A DNA stretch of 64,000 nt, from NCBI GenBank assembly GCA_951406725.2, contig OX597833.1, positions 55,490,001 to 55,554,000 on the forward strand, in the 5' to 3' direction. This DNA is from Octopus vulgaris. Taxonomy: Eukaryota. The notes beneath the pieces were generated by a model. The model was not told the DNA's origin, did not search any database, and worked only from the letters and a program-made list of their open reading frames with translations. Shown here in pieces: positions 52,010 through 63,229 of the stretch. Positions within the stretch are counted from its first letter, which is position 1; every line of letters begins with the position of its first letter. Position numbers and translations under genes: made by a program.

Positions 52010-52650
52010 AACTTTTGTACAAAGCCAATAATTTTAGAGGGGGTAGGGTTAGATAATACCATCCATATCTAGTGTTCAACTGGTACTTATTTTGTCGATC
52101 CAGAAGGAATGAAAGGCAAAGCCGACCTCGGTGGAATTTGAACTCAGAACACAAAGATGGCCAAATGCCGCTGAATAGTTTGCCCAGTGCGCTAACGATT
52201 CTTATTTCTTTATTGCCCACAAGGGGCTAAACATAGAGGGGGCAAACAAAGACAGACAAAGGGATTAAGTCGATTATACCGACCCCAGTACGTAACTGGT
52301 ACTTAATTTATCGACCCCGAAAGGATGAAAGGCAAAGTCGACCTCGGCGGAATTTGAACTCAGAACGTAGCGGCAGACGAAATACTGTTAAGCATTTCGC
52401 CAGGCGTGCTAACGATTCTATTTCTTTACTACCCACAAGAGGCTAAACACAGAGGGGACAAACAAGGACAGAAAAACGGATTAAGTCGATTATATCGACC
52501 CCAGTACGCAACTGGTACTTAATTTATCGACCCCGAAAGGATGAAAGGCAAAGTCGACCTCGGCGGAATTTGAACTCAGAACGTAGCGGCAGACGAAATA
52601 CAGCTACGCATTTCGCCCGGCGTGCTAACAATTCTGCCAGCTCACCGCCT
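52010..52650 (-). mobile_element. SINE family B, trimeric
   Basis: Three tandem reverse-complement units. Confidence 0.8.
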
Positions 52651-53181
52651 TGGTCGAGGGAGACATTGAAAAACAGTGAAGATGAAACATTGACCAAGCC
52701 TTCCCCTCAGATTAGAGACATTGTGTCTATACTAGAAACGGCTATTAAAGTGTGATGGGCTGGTAGATTTGTGAGAGGGTCAAGCAAAATGCCCTGTGGT
52801 CTTTTGGCTCTTCACGATCTGACTTCAAAACATTCTGTTCTCTGTTCATCTCTCCGAGTCCCATAAAGGAACTACCAGTCAAGTACCAGGATGGGGTAGG
52901 ATCGATGATACCCTTTTACCGATTCTCTTCAAAATTACGAGCCGTGTACCTAAATTAGGAAATTGTTATTAGAACGGTTGGATTAGCATAATTGTTAGAG
53001 CGTTTGACGAAATGCAATGGGGGCACGAAGGTATTTGTTATGGCTATGTATGGTTTGAGTTCAAATCCCGCCGAGGTCAATTTTGCCTTTCATATATTCG
53101 GGTTGAGAAAAATGAACCAGTGTCTATTTATTGACCGTTTCCTTCTCTGAAAATTGGCGGCTTGTTGTGTCTTCTACTGGT

Positions 53182-53565
53182 GGAGGTGCAATGGCCCAGT
53201 GGTTAGGGCAGCGGACTCGCGGTCGTAGGATCGCGGTTTCGATTCCCAGACCGTGCGTTGTGAGTGTTTATTGAGCGAAAAACACCTAAAGCTCCACGAG
53301 GCTCCGGCAGGGGTTGGTGGTGATCCCTGCTGTGCTCTTTCACCACAACTTTCTCTCACTCTTACTTCCTGTTTCTGTTGTACCTGTATTTCAAAGGGCC
53401 GGCCTTGTCACTCTCTGTGTCACGCTGAATATCCCCGAGAACTACGTTAAGGGTACACGTGTCTGTGGAGTGCTCAGCCACTTACACGTTAATTTCACGA
53501 GCAGGCTGTTCCGTTGATTCGGATCAACCGGAACCCTCGTCGTCGTAACCGACGGAGTGCTTCCA
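53182..53565 (+). mobile_element. SINE family C (tRNA-derived) with an 11-bp target-site duplication
   Basis: A box TGGCCCAGTGG and B box GTTTCGATTCC; flanked by cttctactggt at 53171-53181 and 53566-53576. Confidence 0.85.
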
Positions 53566-53815
53566 CTTCTACTGGTAGAATCGTTAGAACTTCAGACAAA
53601 AATGCAACCAAATTTTGAGTTTAAACATTGTCAGCGACAAATTTCATATGTATTATAAAAGAGTTGAATTTCATATGTATTATAAAAGAGTTAAGTGGAT
53701 AAAAAAAACAGCTGTATTGTAGGAATTGTGGACATTTGAGAGTCAAATGAACGTATCCTGCTTTTGTAAAATAAATTTTATTGTTTCTGTCTCATTTCGG
53801 TTGAGTAGATTTATG

Positions 53816-54228
53816 GGATCTTTTCGGTTTGAACGGCAGTTTTTAACATAATTTCTAGGTAACTAAAAAGTTTTGAACTTCGTATACTGGTAGAATGTGT
53901 TTATAAAACATCTTTTTCTCTTGGCTCTATTGAGAAAATTCTATAGTTTGTAAGATATTTGTTGTTTTTTTTCTTCAATTTCTGCAATTTCAACCAATCA
54001 CTGACGTCTATTGAGGTAAAAAAAACATTGTGCCGTATGAATATGTCCCTCGTTTAAGAAACAGATTGGGTTTATTTACATTTGTGAAGAAAAAAGATAC
54101 CCTTCCCCCACCCCTAACTAGCCCTAAAACAGATTGAAATGCAATTGATCGATACTAGGGTCATAATTATGGGTGACAATTTCATATGACACCGCTAGAA
54201 AAAACTGCCGTTCAAACCGAAAAGATCC
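53816..54228. mobile_element. Same MITE in the opposite orientation, no visible TSD
   Basis: Both TIRs intact. Confidence 0.85.
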
Positions 54229-54677
54229 CTGAATTCAAACGTCACCGAGATTGACTTTACTTCTCACCTCTTTGGGGTCAATAAAATAAGTACCAAATGA
54301 ACACTGGAGTTGATGTAATCAACGATCCCCTCACCTAAAACTGCTTGTTGTGAGCCAAAACTTGAAACTAAGAAAGGCGGCGGGCTGGTGGAATCGTTAG
54401 TGCATCAAACAAAATGTTTAACGACATTTCTCGCGACTCTGTATGTTATGAGTTCAAATTCCGCCGAAGTCGACTTTACTTTTCATTAATAAAATAAAGT
54501 TTCTGTCAAACACTGGGGTTGATGTAATCGATTAACCCCTCCCCCTATGAATGCTGACCCTGTACTAAAATTTGAAACCATTTCTATGTAGCTGGCTTAA
54601 TTGACTCGAGGAGGGATTTTGTGTGTCAGTGTTTATTGAATTTGGATATTCTGTTTTCGTAAGACAAAAAAAATAAG

Positions 54678-54968
54678 GGATCTTTTCGGTTTGAACGGCA
54701 GTTTTTAACAATTTCTAGGTAACTAAACAATTTTAAACTTCGTATACTGGTAGAATGTGTTTATAAAACATCTTTTTCTCTTGGCTTTGAGAAAATTCTA
54801 TAGTTTGTAAGATATTTGTTGGTTTTTTTCTTCAATTTCTGCAATTTCAACCAATCAATGACGTCCATTGAGGTAAAAACATTCTGTTCCGTATATGTCC
54901 CTCGTTTAAGAAACAGATTGGGTTTATTTACATTTGTGAAGAAAAAAAAATACCCTTCCCCCCACCCC
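54678..54968. mobile_element. Same MITE, truncated
   Basis: One TIR plus about 260 bp of body. Confidence 0.8.
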
Positions 54969-55039
54969 TTTTTCCTTGGGGTTCCGCTCCAGCAAAAAGT
55001 TTGAAAAGCACTGGCGTAGAGAGACGAGAAAAAAAAGAA

Positions 55040-55460
55040 GCTTCTAGCAACAGCTTTCAGATAAAAAGTGCTGTGGGTTGGATAGTTCAATTGACGCAGT
55101 GGTCCGATGGTCTGGCAGTGGCAGAGATGGTTATACTCTGGTAACGGGTAAGTGTTGAGGTGAGAAAGATAAAGAGTGTATGGGGTGTTCGAGTTTCGAT
55201 CCAAAATACAAGTAAGGGATGAAACACGTTGACGCAGGCGGCTGATAACGGCAAAAGATTTCACTTCCGCATCGGTATAGGGGGTGGGATACGAGAAACA
55301 CGAGAAGTCGTGAGCGTTGAAATCGCCGTAGACGAGAACTCCGGAAAGTGGTTAAGTGATGATATGAGAGAGAACCTCCAATGCAAGCGGTGATATTGTC
55401 AAAGAGTTACTGGTGGTTTGAGGATATAGAAAAGCACATGTACTTATCTGTTATTGGTCG
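55040..55460 (-). pseudogene. Degraded AP-endonuclease region of a non-LTR retrotransposon
   Basis: The - strand encodes GVLVYGDFNAHD, LRQRVSSLTCILDR and PSDHC, in the expected order with frameshifts. Confidence 0.6.
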
Positions 55461-55665
55461 TCTTCAACAGTAAAAATTATTTTGTGACAGTCTTTATTGT
55501 CGGAAGGTGAAAATCTTGACGTTTCGAGGAAAGAACCTTTCCCTTACAATTGTAGTAGGTCGCAAATGTAGTTCGTCGCATTATGTTTGAATGTGAATTT
55601 GTGCGTTTGATATATTAGGATTGAATATCACGTGCATTTCTTATAGAAAGACTAGAGGAGTCCCA

Positions 55666-56022
55666 TAACGCCAAACGATGTACAATTCATTAATGTAAAG
55701 CGTTTGAAAAATTATGATTAATTCACAGAAACTATTTAAGAAATAAGCATAAAATCACTACCACGCGAGAGTGAAGTCCTTATTTAAAAGGTTTGGTTAC
55801 AAGTCATTTTTTTGAAAACATTTATTTTTTAGAGACAAAATATTAACGCTAAACGATGTACAATTGATTAATGCAAAGCGTTTGAAAAATTATGATTAAT
55901 TTACTGAAACTATTTAAGAAATAAGCATAAAATCACTACTACGCGAGAGTGAAGTCCTTATTTAAAAGGTTTGGTTACAAGTCATTTTTTGAAAACATTT
56001 ATTTTTTTAGAGACAAAATATT
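55666..56022. repeat. ~177-bp tandem duplication just downstream of paralogue 2
   Basis: taacgc(c/t)aaacgatgtacaatt...agagacaaaatatt occurs twice. Confidence 0.85.
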
Positions 56023-56089
56023 CAAAAGTTAAACTATATAAAAACCGAAAAACAAAACACAAACGATCGTATGTATTGAGAAGTAGAGG

Positions 56090-57226
56090 TTATCGATTTT
56101 GAAGAGATGGGAAATTCATCCGCAAGCCCAGTAAACACAACAGAGTCAAAAGTGTGATGCTGTTGACGAGAACAGCCAACACAATCCAGTCCTGTTGTAA
56201 ACCAAAGCTAACTGTAGCAGACATGATTTTAAATAAAGTACATACGAGACACTGGATGAGACGGCGGTTGCGCAAAATCGCTCCCCGTTTCGAAAATGGG
56301 AAAATTATACAAAAGATTATCAACGCACTGCCATCTATAACCAGGTCTAGAAAAGCACTCATGTATTCAATTACCGTCTTTGGAAAGTTGTAAGCTATCT
56401 TCAACAGATGTATTGTGCTGCATGAGAAACTGAATACGCATAACGTCAGACAGACGAGTAGATAGAGCCAGTGTAATTTATAATAATTAGTAGGGAGCCG
56501 TTGGGGCCGCTGTCGGTCGTATTGCTGGGGTTGCCGAGATCCTCTTCGTGTAGTCATTTCTATGCTTTCTTCGTTGCCGAGATTGTTGGAAACGAGTAAT
56601 GGTGAGGGTCTTGCCCACACAATATTCGCGGCTCGTTGCAAATTGTTCATACTTGGAGCATTATACAAATTAACCCGCATACTATCTTCATTAGCTCTCA
56701 AATTATTATCAGGTCTATCTCCATCCGTTATCAGATTATCTTCAGGGTTATCTCCATCCGTTACTAAAATATCTTCAGGGCCATCTCCATCCGTTCCCCT
56801 ATCTTCAGGGCTATCTCTATTCGTTATCAAATTATCTTTAGGGCCATCTCCATCCGTTCCCATATCTTCAGGGCTATCTCTATTCGTTATCAAATTATCT
56901 TCAGGGCCATCTCCATCCGTTCCCATATCTTCAGGGCTATCTCTATTCGTTATCAAATTATCTTCAGGGCCATCTCCATCCGTTCCCATATCTTCAGGGC
57001 TATCTCTATTCGTTATCAAATTATCTTCAGGGCTATCTCCATCCGTTACCAAATTATCTTCAGGGCTATCTCTATTCGTTATCAAATTATCTTCAGGGCC
57101 ATCTCCATCCGTTCCCATATCTTCAGGGCTATCTCCATCTGTTCTTAAATTTTCCTCAGAATCGTCTTCATCCGTTCTCAATTTTCCCCTAGAATTGTCA
57201 CCATCAGTTCTTTCCGAGTCCTCCAT
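56090..57226 (-). CDS. Uncharacterised four-TM membrane protein, paralogue 2 (378 aa, with acidic tandem-repeat N-terminus)
   Basis: Uninterrupted ORF from agaATGg at 57226; same C-terminal motifs as paralogues 1 and 3; in-frame Asp/Glu-rich repeats. Confidence 0.8.
   Translation of the reverse strand: MEDSERTDGDNSRGKLRTDEDDSEENLRTDGDSPEDMGTDGDGPEDNLITNRDSPEDNLVTDGDSPEDNLITNRDSPEDMGTDGDGPEDNLITNRDSPEDMGTDGDGPEDNLITNRDSPEDMGTDGDGPKDNLITNRDSPEDRGTDGDGPEDILVTDGDNPEDNLITDGDRPDNNLRANEDSMRVNLYNAPSMNNLQRAANIVWARPSPLLVSNNLGNEESIEMTTRRGSRQPQQYDRQRPQRLPTNYYKLHWLYLLVCLTLCVFSFSCSTIHLLKIAYNFPKTVIEYMSAFLDLVIDGSALIIFCIIFPFSKRGAILRNRRLIQCLVCTLFKIMSATVSFGLQQDWIVLAVLVNSITLLTLLCLLGLRMNFPSLQNR
56680..57210 (-). 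repeat. Coding minisatellite of alternating 33- and 30-bp units (63-bp higher-order unit) in paralogue 2
   Basis: Encodes repeated TDGDGPEDNLI / TNRDSPEDMG. Confidence 0.9.
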
Positions 57227-57385
57227 TCTTTCTGGGGATATAATCTCCAGCTGCTGATATGAAACCAAACGGATCACAAAATTTTCTTCCACTGCCCAAG
57301 CTTTGTATTTCTTATCTAAAAAGCAGCAATGAATTTAACAAAAAAAAAAAAAAAGTCTACTTATCTTGTTCGGTGTTCAAACTGT

Positions 57386-57458
57386 CTTAAATGAACTAGT
57401 CCAACCCCCCCTCTCTCTCGTTTATTATTCGAAACTACGACACTGTTTCAATTCTTAG
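57386..57458 (-). promoter_or_regulatory. Conserved upstream blocks of paralogue 2
   Basis: cttaaatgaactagtcca (57386-57403) and ttcaattcttag (57447-57458). Confidence 0.5.
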
Positions 57459-59439
57459 TTAAGTCAAAAAATAAAAAAATTATTTGATGTCCTTGGAAGT
57501 GTATGAACGACATATCCTTTCTGTTTGTTTCTCTTAAAATAAATCACTTCTATGTCATCCACATTGCTATTTATTAAATCAGTGGTACCAGCCTACCCTT
57601 TGGCGTCACGCTCCTAAAATTTTTCTTACCAAAAATCAGATGTTCGTATTCTCACCGCGGTTAGATTTTAACTAAAAGCATAAACACCAGGAAAAAAAAA
57701 AAAAAAAAAACATCAACCGACGATTTAAACGCAGTTTCATTTTGGCGGAATCTACTTTGTGGCAAACATCGAAACCAAGTCCCAGGTCTGGAACTAACTT
57801 CTTTCAATCGTACCATCAGTATCGTCCTGGGAAGGGACATAATCGTTACTCTCTTATTAAGACACATGTAAAACATCAAGTGAAATGTTCTCAGCCATAA
57901 AGTGAAACCAAGTGGCTTTTACAGCTCGTCAAGAGCTTACCTTTTACTCTGCTACTATCAACACAATTCTAATATTGGCTTCAAATTTTGGCACAAAGCC
58001 AGCAGTTCCAGGGAAGATTTAAGTCGATTACATCTACCCCCAGTGCTCAACTGGTACTTATTTTATTCTTTTCTACATTAGGCACAAGGGTCGAAATTTG
58101 GGAGGAGGGTGACAGTCGATTAGATCAACCCCGGTACGCAACTGGTACTTAATTTATCGATCTCGAAAGCACGAAAGGCAAAGTCGACCTCGGCGGAATT
58201 TAAACTCAGAACATAAAGACAGACGAAATACCGATTTCTTTATTACTCATCAGGGGCTAACATAGAAGGTACGTGCACAATATCGGGGAACTAAAATTAT
58301 AAAAAGGAGGCATAAAGAAAGAAGCAAAATTAAAAGAAACGAACGAATCATGAAAAATATGATATAATGAGGCGGAATGCCCACTCGACCCCTGAAGTCG
58401 AATGGTTACAGAATAAACTTCCTTTTGACCCACTTTTTATGTGCTATAAATGGGAAAGTCACACAAAACGTAAAAGATGTGTTAAGCAATTGGTACGATC
58501 ATGAAGATTGTAATTACGCGGTTGTGGATGGTGATGATATGGACTTATTGGTGAGAAGGTTTGAGGAAGAGGGTGTGTGTTGGAAGTCAGTGCAAATGAA
58601 GGATAAATTGATAGAGAGGGCTGAAAGAAAAATGAACGTTGTGATAGGTAAGCAAGGAATGCTAATTGGAAATGGGTGAAAGGACAGGTAAGTGATGCTG
58701 ACGGATGGGGCCGTCGGCATCGCTTTCATATATCATTTTTCATATTTCATTTACCCATATATATGTAATTGTGATGTTCTGTGTCCCCAATGTTTGTAAC
58801 GTCCCCTCTGTGTAGCCCCTAGTGGGTAATTAAAAATCACAGAATAAACTTTCCTGGGCTATAATAGACTCGGGTACCCCACACTAGTTGCGCACTGGGG
58901 TCGATCTAATCGACTGGCCTTGTGTCTGGAATAGAAAAGAATATTAATATTACGAGGACATGCGCTATCACAGCGCGTCGCTGCACCCGCCATTTGTTAG
59001 GGATTTCCTACCCTTGGTGAATGGCACCTTTACTGATGAGGGTTCTACAAGGTCGGAGTGCAAATCCTACCTCAACTTCTTTCAGTCGCTTTTTACGACT
59101 CGCAGAGGAAGCGTTGGATCTATTCTTTGGCATGCCGCTTGCCATACAGTTCTAGAGCAACGTGAAATGAAGTGTTTTGCTCAAGAGCACAACACATCGT
59201 CCGGTCCGGGGATCTAACCCACAGTCTAGTGATCGTGAGTGTAACAGCCCTGACCACTGGGCCACGTACCTTCACGAGTAATCATTGAGTTTAATTACTC
59301 AGGGACGCTACGGACGTGGAGGACATAAGTTAAGTTAGTGTTAACATATCTAATATAGATTTTAAATTTTGACACAAAGCCAGCTATTACAGGAAGGGGG
59401 CATGTCAGTTATTTTGACCCATGTATTCAACCGGAGCTT

Positions 59440-59750
59440 GTGGAGGCACATGGCCTAGTGGTTAGAGCAGCGGACTCGCGGTCGAGGGATTGCGAGTTCA
59501 AATCTCAGACAGAGCGATTTATGTGTGTGTGTTTATGAGCGAAACACCTAAGCTCCATGCGGCTCTGACAGAAGGTAATGGCGAACTTCTGCTGACTCTT
59601 TCGCCACAACTTTCTCTCACTCTTTCCTCCTGCATCTTGCAGCTCACCTGCGACGGACCGGCATCCCGTCCAGGTGGAGAACCTATACGCCAAGGAATTC
59701 GGGAAATCGGCCCTTATGAGCCAGGTGTGGCTCGAGAAGGAACAAACAAT
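59440..59750 (+). mobile_element. SINE with a family C-like head and a different body
   Basis: ggaggcacatggcctagtggttagagcagcggactcgcggtcg...gcgaaacacctaagctcca head. Confidence 0.65.
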
Positions 59751-60330
59751 TCAACCGGAACTTAATTTATCGACCCCGAAAGGATGAAAGGTTAATTCGA
59801 TTGGCGGAATTTGAGCCCAGAACGTAAAGACAGACGAAATGACGCAAAGCATTTTACCCGGTGTGCTTAACATATCTGATTTCTGATTTCTTTATTGCCC
59901 ACTAGGGGCTACACAGAGGGAACACTACAAACATTGGGGACATAGAACATCACAATTACAAAGAATGAAAAATGAATTTTGAAAATGATATTATGAAAGT
60001 AATGCTAACGGCCATGTGCTTAACATATCTAATATAGGGAACATAAAATTTCCAGTTTGATTTTATGCAGCGCAGAAAAACCTTTGTTAACTCAAGGACT
60101 AATATTTTAATCGTTTCGATAAATATGAGAAACCATTTCAGTCATATTTCTTTGTTACTAGACTGGTAAAGTGTAAGCGTCGCTGAAGAGATCTTATAAA
60201 CCGAAATATATCCGAAATTATGTCCAATATTAACCAAAATGATTAGCATAAATCATGGAGTTATTGAGGCCTTTTCTTCGTTACATAATCATTTCCAATT
60301 GGAGTTTTAACAATCGTTATTTCGACTTTG

Positions 60331-60750
60331 GGATCTTTACGGTTTGAACGGCAGTTTTTTCTAGCGGTGTCATATGAAATTGTCACCCATAATTATGACC
60401 CTAGTCTCGATCTATTGCATTTCAATCTGTTTTAAGGTTGGTGTTAGGGTTAGGGTGGGAGAAGGGTATCTTTTTTTCTTCACAAATGTAAATAAACCCA
60501 ATCTGTTTCTTAAACGAGGGACATGTTCATACGGCACAGACTGTTTTCACCTCAATAGACGTCATTGATTGGTTGAAATTGCAGAAATTGAGAGAAAAAA
60601 ACAACAAATATCTTACAAACTATAGAATTTTCTTAATAAAGCCAAGAGAAAAAGATGTTTTATAAACACATTCTACCAGTATACGAAGTTTAAAATTTTT
60701 TAGTTACCTAGAAATTATGTTAAAAACTGCCGTTCAAACCGAAAAGATCC
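60331..60750. mobile_element. Same MITE with an 8-bp TSD
   Basis: TSD cgactttg at 60323-60330 and 60751-60758. Confidence 0.85.
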
Positions 60751-60889
60751 CGACTTTGTTAACTTCACTCTGAGTTAACTAAATGGCTAGGACTTTGAAA
60801 ACTAGCGGACAATTTCTTTTTTCCGGTTGCACTGTGGTAGTTTTATTTGATAGATTTCGACTTTATTTTTTATGTTGCTGAGTTTCTAT

Positions 60890-61190
60890 GCAGTTCTATA
60901 GTTAAGAGATGAAGAATTATGTACATTATTTACAATTGACGGATATTTGTCCTCATCTTGTTTGTTGTTAACACAACATTTCGGCTGATATACCCTCCAG
61001 CCTTCATCAGATGTCTTGAGGAAATTTCGAACCTTGGTTCTCGTTCCTAAGGTATATTTTGATGTTATTACTATTATTATTATTATGCTCCTAACCACTA
61101 TGCCCACGGGTATATGGCGTAGTGGTTAAGAGCGCGGGCTACTAACCCCAAGATTCCGAGTTCGATTCCAAGCAGTGACCTGAACAACAA
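60890..61190 (-). mobile_element. Second copy of the tRNA-headed hammerhead element
   Basis: Same body on the - strand; inverted tRNA-like head at about 61108-61185 with A box TGGCGTAGTGG and B box GAGTTCGATTCC. Confidence 0.6.
60970..61015 (-). ncRNA. Minimal type I hammerhead ribozyme motif
   Basis: The - strand reads GACAU CUGAUGA A GGCUG GAGGGUAUAU CAGCC GAAA UG UU GUGUU; stems I and II pair. Confidence 0.6.
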
Positions 61191-61623
61191 CAGCAGCATC
61201 TTGAGTTAGGTGTCATCTATCATAACCTTGAGTTAACCGAGGCCTTTCGGAGCGCGATTTGGTAAATGGCTACCAAGTGGAAGCTTGTCATTATTTTTAG
61301 AAGCAATGAAAAATATTGATTTCAAATTCTGGTACAAGGGCTGCAATTTCGTGGGAGGGGTGATTCGATTAGATCGACTCCAGTGTTCAACTGGATGGTT
61401 CTTGTTTTATCGACCCCAAAACGACGAAAGGCAAAGTCGACAACGGTGACTTAAGAACGTAAAGGTTGGACGAAATGCCGGTAAGCATTTGTCCGGCATG
61501 CTAACGATTCTGCCAGCTCGCCGCCTTAACAGCAATTAAAATACTGGAATTTCATAGCAAACTAAATCAAAAATGATTTAAAAGAATTAGCAAAAACGAT
61601 CGAATGTAGACAGTTGAAGGTGG

Positions 61624-62247
61624 TCACAGATTTTGAGGATATGTAAAATTCAACCTCAGCATCGGTATACATAACAGAGTTAAAAGCAAGATGCTGCTGC
61701 CAAGCACAGCTAGTATAATCCAGTCGTAATATAAACCAAAGATAATGCTGGCGGACACCAGATTACATAGAGTGCATAGGACGCATACGATGAGATTGCG
61801 GTCTGGGAAAACTAAACTTGGTCTCGGAAACGGAAAAACGATGCAGAAGATTGCTAACGAGTTGGCGGCTATAACCACATTTAGAACAATACTCCAGTAG
61901 CCATATACGGTGTTTGGAATATTGTGAGCTAGTTTTAACAGACGGACAAGACTAAAGGTTGAACTGAACACAGACAACGCCAGATAAATGAGTAAATAGG
62001 CCCAGTGTATACGATGATTGGCAATGTGGTCTTTGTTCTCAAGTTGGTGGTGGTGGTGGTGTTGATGCCGTTGAGATCCTTCAAGCGCGGTCATTTTTAG
62101 GTTTTCCTCATTATGGATATTGAAGACAAGTAACAGACGACGTGTTTTCCACGATTCAGTCAATATTCGGAACAAATTGGCCCTGCTTGGAGCGTTTTTC
62201 TGATTTTCAACTTCACAGTCTGCATTAGTTTTTTCAGAATTTCCCAT
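61624..62247 (-). CDS. Uncharacterised four-TM membrane protein, paralogue 3 (207 aa)
   Basis: Uninterrupted ORF from agaATGg at 62247; same motifs; short His tract. Its 3' flank (aaacgatcgaatgta) matches that of paralogue 2 (aaacgatcgtatgta). Confidence 0.8.
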   Translation of the reverse strand: MGNSEKTNADCEVENQKNAPSRANLFRILTESWKTRRLLLVFNIHNEENLKMTALEGSQRHQHHHHHQLENKDHIANHRIHWAYLLIYLALSVFSSTFSLVRLLKLAHNIPNTVYGYWSIVLNVVIAANSLAIFCIVFPFPRPSLVFPDRNLIVCVLCTLCNLVSASIIFGLYYDWIILAVLGSSILLLTLLCIPMLRLNFTYPQNL

Positions 62248-62384
62248 TCTGTGATATAATCTTTCTTCAGCTGTTTTGAAGCCAAATTTCCTCCGTCCCA
62301 AATATTGACAGTTAATCAAGTTTTAATATCTATTGTTTTTGAAATAATGGAAATTAATATTTTGCTTTGATTTTAAAAAGCTAT

Positions 62385-62489
62385 CTTAAATGAACTATTC
62401 CATCATTTCACCTTCTGTTTCTTTTTATTTGTGTTTTTTCATTATTCAATCACACTTTCTTGCATCCACAACACAGATTCAATTCTTAG
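62385..62489 (-). promoter_or_regulatory. Conserved upstream blocks of paralogue 3
   Basis: cttaaatgaactattcca (62385-62402) and ttcaattcttag (62478-62489). Confidence 0.5.
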
Positions 62490-62509
62490 GGAAAGCCATC
62501 TAATCTCAC

Positions 62510-63070
62510 TTTATTTTATTAAATTTGCCACAAGGGCAGTACATAGAGTAAGGTAGCTTGCGGGCTGGACACGGACATTAATGAGATGAATTCCTTATTA
62601 ACCTATAAAGGTTTTACACAGAGGGGACATTCAAAGTACAAACTCGCTTCTTACATACAGAGTAAAAAACCGGATGGATTTACATATATTGTGTATGAGG
62701 GTTTAAAATATACATATGAACGATGATCGGATGAGTTTTGGGTCCGGGTTAGTGAGTTAACCCGCCGGCTGGTTATCCCTTTTTGGTAATTTTTTTCCTT
62801 CCTTTTATGCTCCGACCGACCGTGCAAGCACAGCCTCGTGCGTTCTCATCTTTCTTACTACTGTCGTCCATCTTTTTCCAAACGCTCTTTGCGGCAGGCT
62901 CCTCCTCTCCAGACGGATCTTGCTGGACAGATGGGCAGCGAAGTAATTATTCACCAGCCCACGTCCGGAGAGGAACTGACCTGTCGCAATCCCTTTTGCT
63001 CGCGTCTTCCATACCACATCTTTCAGTATGGTTACTACGCAGAGAAAGGCTACCTTTTTTTCTTTGGTGA
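62510..63070 (-). mobile_element. 3' fragment of an L1/Tx1-like LINE (ORF2 C-terminus and 3' UTR)
   Basis: LKDVVWKTRAKG...FAAHLSSKIRLERRSLPQRAFGKRW resembles Tx1-type C-termini; ends gcccttgtggcaaatttaataaaataaag on the - strand. Confidence 0.5.
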
Positions 63071-63229
63071 AAGATGAAGGTGACATTAATGAGATGAATG
63101 ATAACGATACATCTAATCTCGTTTTCTTTATTTCCTATAAAAAGGATACATAGAGGGAACAAACAAGGACAAACAAGGGACATATAGAGGTCAGACGCAC
63201 TCGTTACACAAAATTAAAGCGAATGGGTT

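Noticed and set aside
53182-53255. tRNA genes at SINE heads (also 47520-47597, 59440-59510 and 61108-61185)
   Set aside because: A and B boxes are present but there is no complete cloverleaf or acceptor stem, and each runs into a repeat body.
58377-58679. 100-aa ORF as a host gene
   Set aside because: It sits directly upstream of a repeat 3' tail, with no splice or homology support; more likely a decayed retroelement remnant.
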